Positions 59,834 through 64,000 of a stretch of 64,000 bases of DNA are shown one piece after another. The notes beneath the pieces were generated by a model, which did no database searches, was not told where the DNA came from, and saw only the letters and a list, made by a program, of their open reading frames with translations. This DNA is from an uncultured Thiothrix sp. (GTDB lineage: Bacteria > Pseudomonadota > Gammaproteobacteria > Thiotrichales > Thiotrichaceae), in assembly GCA_964398375.1 (NCBI GenBank), contig CAYNNA010000002.1:6038-70037 (forward strand), written 5' to 3'. The translations under genes and the position numbers were made by a program. Position 1 is the first letter of the stretch. Every line of letters begins with the position of its first letter.

Positions 59834-62800
59834 TCACGCCCCGCCCCGAATCATCTCCAACATATCCTTCGCCGACAGCTTACCGCTCACATCCGAACCT
59901 TCCAGCAAACTATCCGCCAAATCGCGTTTGAGAGCGTGCAGTTTAACAATTTTTTCCTCGATGGTGTTTTCCGCCACCAAGCGGTACACCGTCACGGGGC
60001 GTTGTTGCCCAATGCGGTGCGCCCGGTCGGAGGCTTGATCTTCCACCGCCGGATTCCACCAAGGATCCATGTGAATCACGTAATCCGCCGCCGTCAGGTT
60101 CAATCCAAACCCACCCGCTTTGAGGCTGATTAGGAAAATGTCGCCTTCGCCACGCTGGAACGCATCCACCCGCTCCTTGCGCTGCTCCATCGGGGTCGAG
60201 CCATCCAGATACTGGTAAGCGATGTCCTGCCCATCTAGCCATTCGCGCAACAACGTTAAATGCTTAACGAACTGGCTAAACACCAAAGCTTTGTGCTGGT
60301 TTTCGCGCAATTCCAGCACCAATTCACCGAATGCCTGCAATTTGCTGGACGGCAACGCACTCCCCGGCATCGCCAGTTGCGGATGGCACGCAGCAAGACG
60401 CAAACGGGTAATTTCCGCCAACACTTGCAAATGTTTGTTCTCACCCTCGGCAGTTTCTTCACTAAGGCGTTCCAAGGCTTGTTGGCGCAAGGCTTCGTAC
60501 AACGCCATCTCCGCATCGCTCAAACTCACCGTCAGGGTAATTTCAGTGCGCGGTGGCAATTCCTGCAAGACCTGATTTTTGGTACGGCGCAACATGAAGG
60601 GCTGCACCAGCTTTTTCAGCGCGTGGCGGGTTTTGTCGTCGCTGTCGCGTTCAATCGGGGTCTGGAAGCGTTCGCTGAACTTTTGCTGCGAGAACAGCAG
60701 CCCCGGATTGAGGAAACGGAACAAGCTCCACAATTCGCCCAGATGGTTTTCAATCGGCGTACCCGTGGTAACAAGCCGGAAATCGCCCTGCAACTGGTAA
60801 GCCGCTTGGGTGCGCTTGGTGTTGGCGTTCTTGATGGCTTGCGCCTCGTCCAGCACAATCGTTGTCCAACGAATTCTCTGAAAGGCTTCCACGTCCTGCT
60901 GCAACAAGCCATAGCTGACAATCACCAGATCGTGCGGCAGTAAATCATCCAGCACCGCTTGGCGGTCTTTACCGCGATAAAACACCGGACGCAAGCTGGG
61001 AGCAAAACGCTGGCATTCGCTGTACCAGTTATTGCACACCGATACCGGGGCAACCACCAACGCAGCACCCTTATCAGCACGCGCCAGCAACAAGCCCAGC
61101 GTTTGCACGGTTTTACCCAAACCCATGTCATCCGCCAGACAGCCGCCCACCCCCCATTCCGCCAAACGCATCATCCAGCGAAAACCCTCCGTCTGATAAT
61201 CGCGCAAATCCGCCTGCAAATTAGCAGGCACGACTGGCTGGCTCTCACGCACATTTTTCAGCTTGGTGACTTGTGCTTTCCAGTGCTTATCGGTTTCGAG
61301 TTTGCCCGCCTCGTCGATGAAATCTTCCAGCGCCATGCCTGCGAGTGCACCGACTTTTAAACCCTGTTTGCCGGACGTTTCCGCATAAGCGCGTAAGGTA
61401 TCGAGCTTTTTCTGGAACTGGCGCGTCAGCGTGAGGAATTGCCCGTCTGCTAAGCGCACAAAACGCCCGGTGGCGGTTTGGCTGAGGTCGAGCAATTGGC
61501 GCAAGGTCAATACGAGGTTGCTGTCTACCTGCAATTTGCCATCGAGTTCAAACCAGTCGCCGGATTGCTTGATTTTCAGCGAGAGGTTGTTGCCGCTGAC
61601 TTGCTGGGTAATGCGCAGCTTTTCGCCTTCCGGCCATGCCAGCGTTACTTTGTCGCCGAGGGCGTGGAGTTGTTGCAAGGCTTCGAGGCATTGTTCGGGG
61701 TCGTCTAGCATCAAATCGTCGCTGGGATCTTCCCAAGTGGATAAGGCGGGGCAATCTTGTAGCAGTGCATCCGCGAGTTTGCGCTCTTGCTTGAGGTTGC
61801 GGGTGGTTTTGAGCAGCTTGCGGTCGACTTCGGTCATGGCGTTGCTGCGCCCACTACCCGGCGGAAAGATTGGGCCAATGTCGCCGAAGGGTTGCACGCG
61901 CATCAGCATCCGCAAACCTTCGCTCCACGGCAACAAGTGGATGTGCAAACGCGGATCAGCTTCGACCGTTTCAGCGTTATCCATGCCTGCGATGTCGGAC
62001 TGGATGGTGATCAATGGCGCAAGTGCCGCCAATGTTTGCCGCACGGAAACCTCAGCTTCAGCGGGAACGAGCAAACCGTCTTTGCCCAAAATGCTGTGCA
62101 ATTGCAACACGCTAGGGGTGAGTTTGTAGAGTTTGAGTTGCAGGGTAGTTTCTTCCACCACGAAGTAACTGTCGGGCTTGTAAGCTTCGCTGGTAGGCAG
62201 TTCTGGGAAGAGCTTGATACGCAACTTGCCTTTTTCTTTGAGGATTTGCAGTTCTTCACGTCCCGGCTGGATGTCGAGTGGGGAATTCGTTGCTCCCGCC
62301 CAGAAGACGCGGGGATGCCCGATCAGGTGTTGCCAGACGTTCACGAGGTGCAATTCGTAGCTTTTTTCGTAATAGCCATAGCTGTAAAGGTGGATACCTT
62401 GGCAAATACGGCGATCTTCCTCGGTCAAGGCGGGAACGGTTTCTGGCTCGGTAGCAAGGCGTTTCAGGGCAATATTGCGCCCCCCAGACCAGCCGGTTTT
62501 GGTGGCTTTTTGCAGGGTGGGATAAATGCCGTATTCCGTGCTAGAGGCGTATTTTTGCTTGGTCAATTCCCAAATCACCCGTTCTGCCCCCACTTTGGCT
62601 GTGGCTGCGGATTTGGCGGGGGTAGCCGCACCGATGCGTTGCAATGCCTGTAAGCCGCGCTCCCATTCGGCTTGCGGCTGGTAGAGGCTAATCAGGGGTT
62701 GTGTGCCCGCTTTGGTGTGCGCGGTGGTGGACAAATCAACATACGTGGGTTTGCGTTTGTCTTTGCTCGGCAGCAGTTGCGCCAGCACGGCAGCGTATTC

Positions 62801-64000
62801 GTTTGCCAGCCAGACATACCCAATCACCTGCATTTGCTGGCAGGTTTTCACCGCATCGTCCAACCATGCGGGGGGCATCGTTTGCCCCAGCCAATACCTG
62901 ACGATCAGCGCAATTAGAAAAGTTAGGGGGGAAGTCTGATAAATAATCTCCACACCGGACAGTTGCTGTACCTTCCCAGTTTGGCGGGAGGAGTGGAAAG
63001 CATACAATGCCCCATAGCCGATATTCTGTGCCATGAAGGTTTTGAAATAGCCATCGAGTTCTTTCTGGGATTTATCGGTGTCGTCGAATATCAGAGCAAT
63101 GACGTACAGCATTTCCAGCGGCGTGCCATACAGTGCCTTGCGGCTACCTTGGCGTTTGCGCAGCAGTTTCAAGCCTGCCTGATAAAGTGCCATTGCCTCA
63201 GCCCGCTTGCCTTGGGAAATGGCACGGGCACTAGCGAATAAATGCCAGTATTCCAAACGTACCCCGGCATCGGCTGGTGGTTCGGCAGCCAGGGGGCTAT
63301 CCCATTGTTGACGCCGGAACAATTGCCAATAATACGTGCCGCCAAATACTGTCCAGAGTGCGGCGGTATCCATCTGCTCCGCTCGCAATAATTGCTGGCA
63401 ATGCGCCCATAATGAGCTGGCATTTCCACCATTCCTATCGGCGACGGATAGATAAATCGGGGCAATAAATTGCAGAAAAATTTCAGTGGAAAAAAATGGC
63501 ATCCACGCCTCGTCCGGTACATTACCCCACAGGGTGAACCACGGGTGCGGCTGGAATTTGGGGCTGTTGGCGTATTGTTTGTTGGCGCGTTCCAATAGCG
63601 TTGCCAGCAACCTGCCATTGCCCAGCAATACCTGTAGGCGGATGTCGCGCAAGGCTTGATCCGCATCCGACCAGTACTTTTCCGCGTACCATTGCGCGGG
63701 TTTTGTAGGCATGAGCGTTTCGACCACTTTTGCCAAGGCAGTGAAACGCCCTGTCCGCAGGCTACGGCGGGTCAATTCGTCACGAATCTCGTCCACACAA
63801 GCGTAGTAATTAACGCCATTGACTGTCAGAAAACCGAGGTTGACCAAATCGTTCAACAAGGGGCGTAATACTTTGACATCCATCGCCACTGGAGCAAATT
63901 TTGACAACGGTGTTGCCGCTATCGGCGCGTAGATGATGGACATAAACTCCAGCAACTGCTGGGTGCTTTCAGAAAGGTGAAAGAATTTTTTTTCGTCAAA
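59834..64000 (-). CDS. Large SNF2-family helicase (5' end beyond the window)
   Basis: LADDMGLGKT, LDEAQAIKN, TGTPIEN, LVFSQF, SLKAGG.GLNL, QASDRAHRIGQ. The frame stays open to position 64000. Confidence 0.93.
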   Translation of the reverse strand, partial: FDEKKFFHLSESTQQLLEFMSIIYAPIAATPLSKFAPVAMDVKVLRPLLNDLVNLGFLTVNGVNYYACVDEIRDELTRRSLRTGRFTALAKVVETLMPTKPAQWYAEKYWSDADQALRDIRLQVLLGNGRLLATLLERANKQYANSPKFQPHPWFTLWGNVPDEAWMPFFSTEIFLQFIAPIYLSVADRNGGNASSLWAHCQQLLRAEQMDTAALWTVFGGTYYWQLFRRQQWDSPLAAEPPADAGVRLEYWHLFASARAISQGKRAEAMALYQAGLKLLRKRQGSRKALYGTPLEMLYVIALIFDDTDKSQKELDGYFKTFMAQNIGYGALYAFHSSRQTGKVQQLSGVEIIYQTSPLTFLIALIVRYWLGQTMPPAWLDDAVKTCQQMQVIGYVWLANEYAAVLAQLLPSKDKRKPTYVDLSTTAHTKAGTQPLISLYQPQAEWERGLQALQRIGAATPAKSAATAKVGAERVIWELTKQKYASSTEYGIYPTLQKATKTGWSGGRNIALKRLATEPETVPALTEEDRRICQGIHLYSYGYYEKSYELHLVNVWQHLIGHPRVFWAGATNSPLDIQPGREELQILKEKGKLRIKLFPELPTSEAYKPDSYFVVEETTLQLKLYKLTPSVLQLHSILGKDGLLVPAEAEVSVRQTLAALAPLITIQSDIAGMDNAETVEADPRLHIHLLPWSEGLRMLMRVQPFGDIGPIFPPGSGRSNAMTEVDRKLLKTTRNLKQERKLADALLQDCPALSTWEDPSDDLMLDDPEQCLEALQQLHALGDKVTLAWPEGEKLRITQQVSGNNLSLKIKQSGDWFELDGKLQVDSNLVLTLRQLLDLSQTATGRFVRLADGQFLTLTRQFQKKLDTLRAYAETSGKQGLKVGALAGMALEDFIDEAGKLETDKHWKAQVTKLKNVRESQPVVPANLQADLRDYQTEGFRWMMRLAEWGVGGCLADDMGLGKTVQTLGLLLARADKGAALVVAPVSVCNNWYSECQRFAPSLRPVFYRGKDRQAVLDDLLPHDLVIVSYGLLQQDVEAFQRIRWTTIVLDEAQAIKNANTKRTQAAYQLQGDFRLVTTGTPIENHLGELWSLFRFLNPGLLFSQQKFSERFQTPIERDSDDKTRHALKKLVQPFMLRRTKNQVLQELPPRTEITLTVSLSDAEMALYEALRQQALERLSEETAEGENKHLQVLAEITRLRLAACHPQLAMPGSALPSSKLQAFGELVLELRENQHKALVFSQFVKHLTLLREWLDGQDIAYQYLDGSTPMEQRKERVDAFQRGEGDIFLISLKAGGFGLNLTAADYVIHMDPWWNPAVEDQASDRAHRIGQQRPVTVYRLVAENTIEEKIVKLHALKRDLADSLLEGSDVSGKLSAKDMLEMIRGGA

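Overview
Mostly core chromosome of a gammaproteobacterium. It is most likely a sulfur-oxidising Thiotrichaceae (Thiothrix-like) organism, inferred from a sulfur-globule-type protein, a DsrC/TusE-family protein and gene content. Housekeeping blocks: proS; murA-hisG-aroG-hisD; psd-pyrE; fis; tRNA-Arg; mutS; xerD-dsbC; mtnA / mtaD-ubiG; yciK-cmoA-cmoB; gyrA-serC-serA-pheA; tRNA-Gly/tRNA-Cys; ligA, rlmD and a 3'-5' exonuclease. Accessory or poorly characterised material: (i) a class II LitR-like MerR regulator plus photolyase, with a CarH-type operator; (ii) a same-strand cluster of a secreted clan GH-A-like hydrolase with a CBM9-like domain, DUF3293, an orphan ThDP enzyme and a 497-aa GT-A-fold protein, which is the best candidate for an undescribed pathway; (iii) a stand-alone SgpA/B-like sulfur globule protein with its own promoter, palindromic operator and terminator; (iv) a DsrC homologue without the C-terminal cysteines but with an internal CxxC; (v) a decayed dusB relic upstream of fis; (vi) a roughly 2.5-kb degenerate P4-type integrase island at tRNA-Cys carrying higBA and a broken XRE gene; (vii) two vapBC modules; (viii) three REP-like hairpin repeats; (ix) a large SNF2 helicase running off the right edge. 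No rRNA, CRISPR array or intact IS was seen. All family assignments rest on motif recognition by eye, with no database search.
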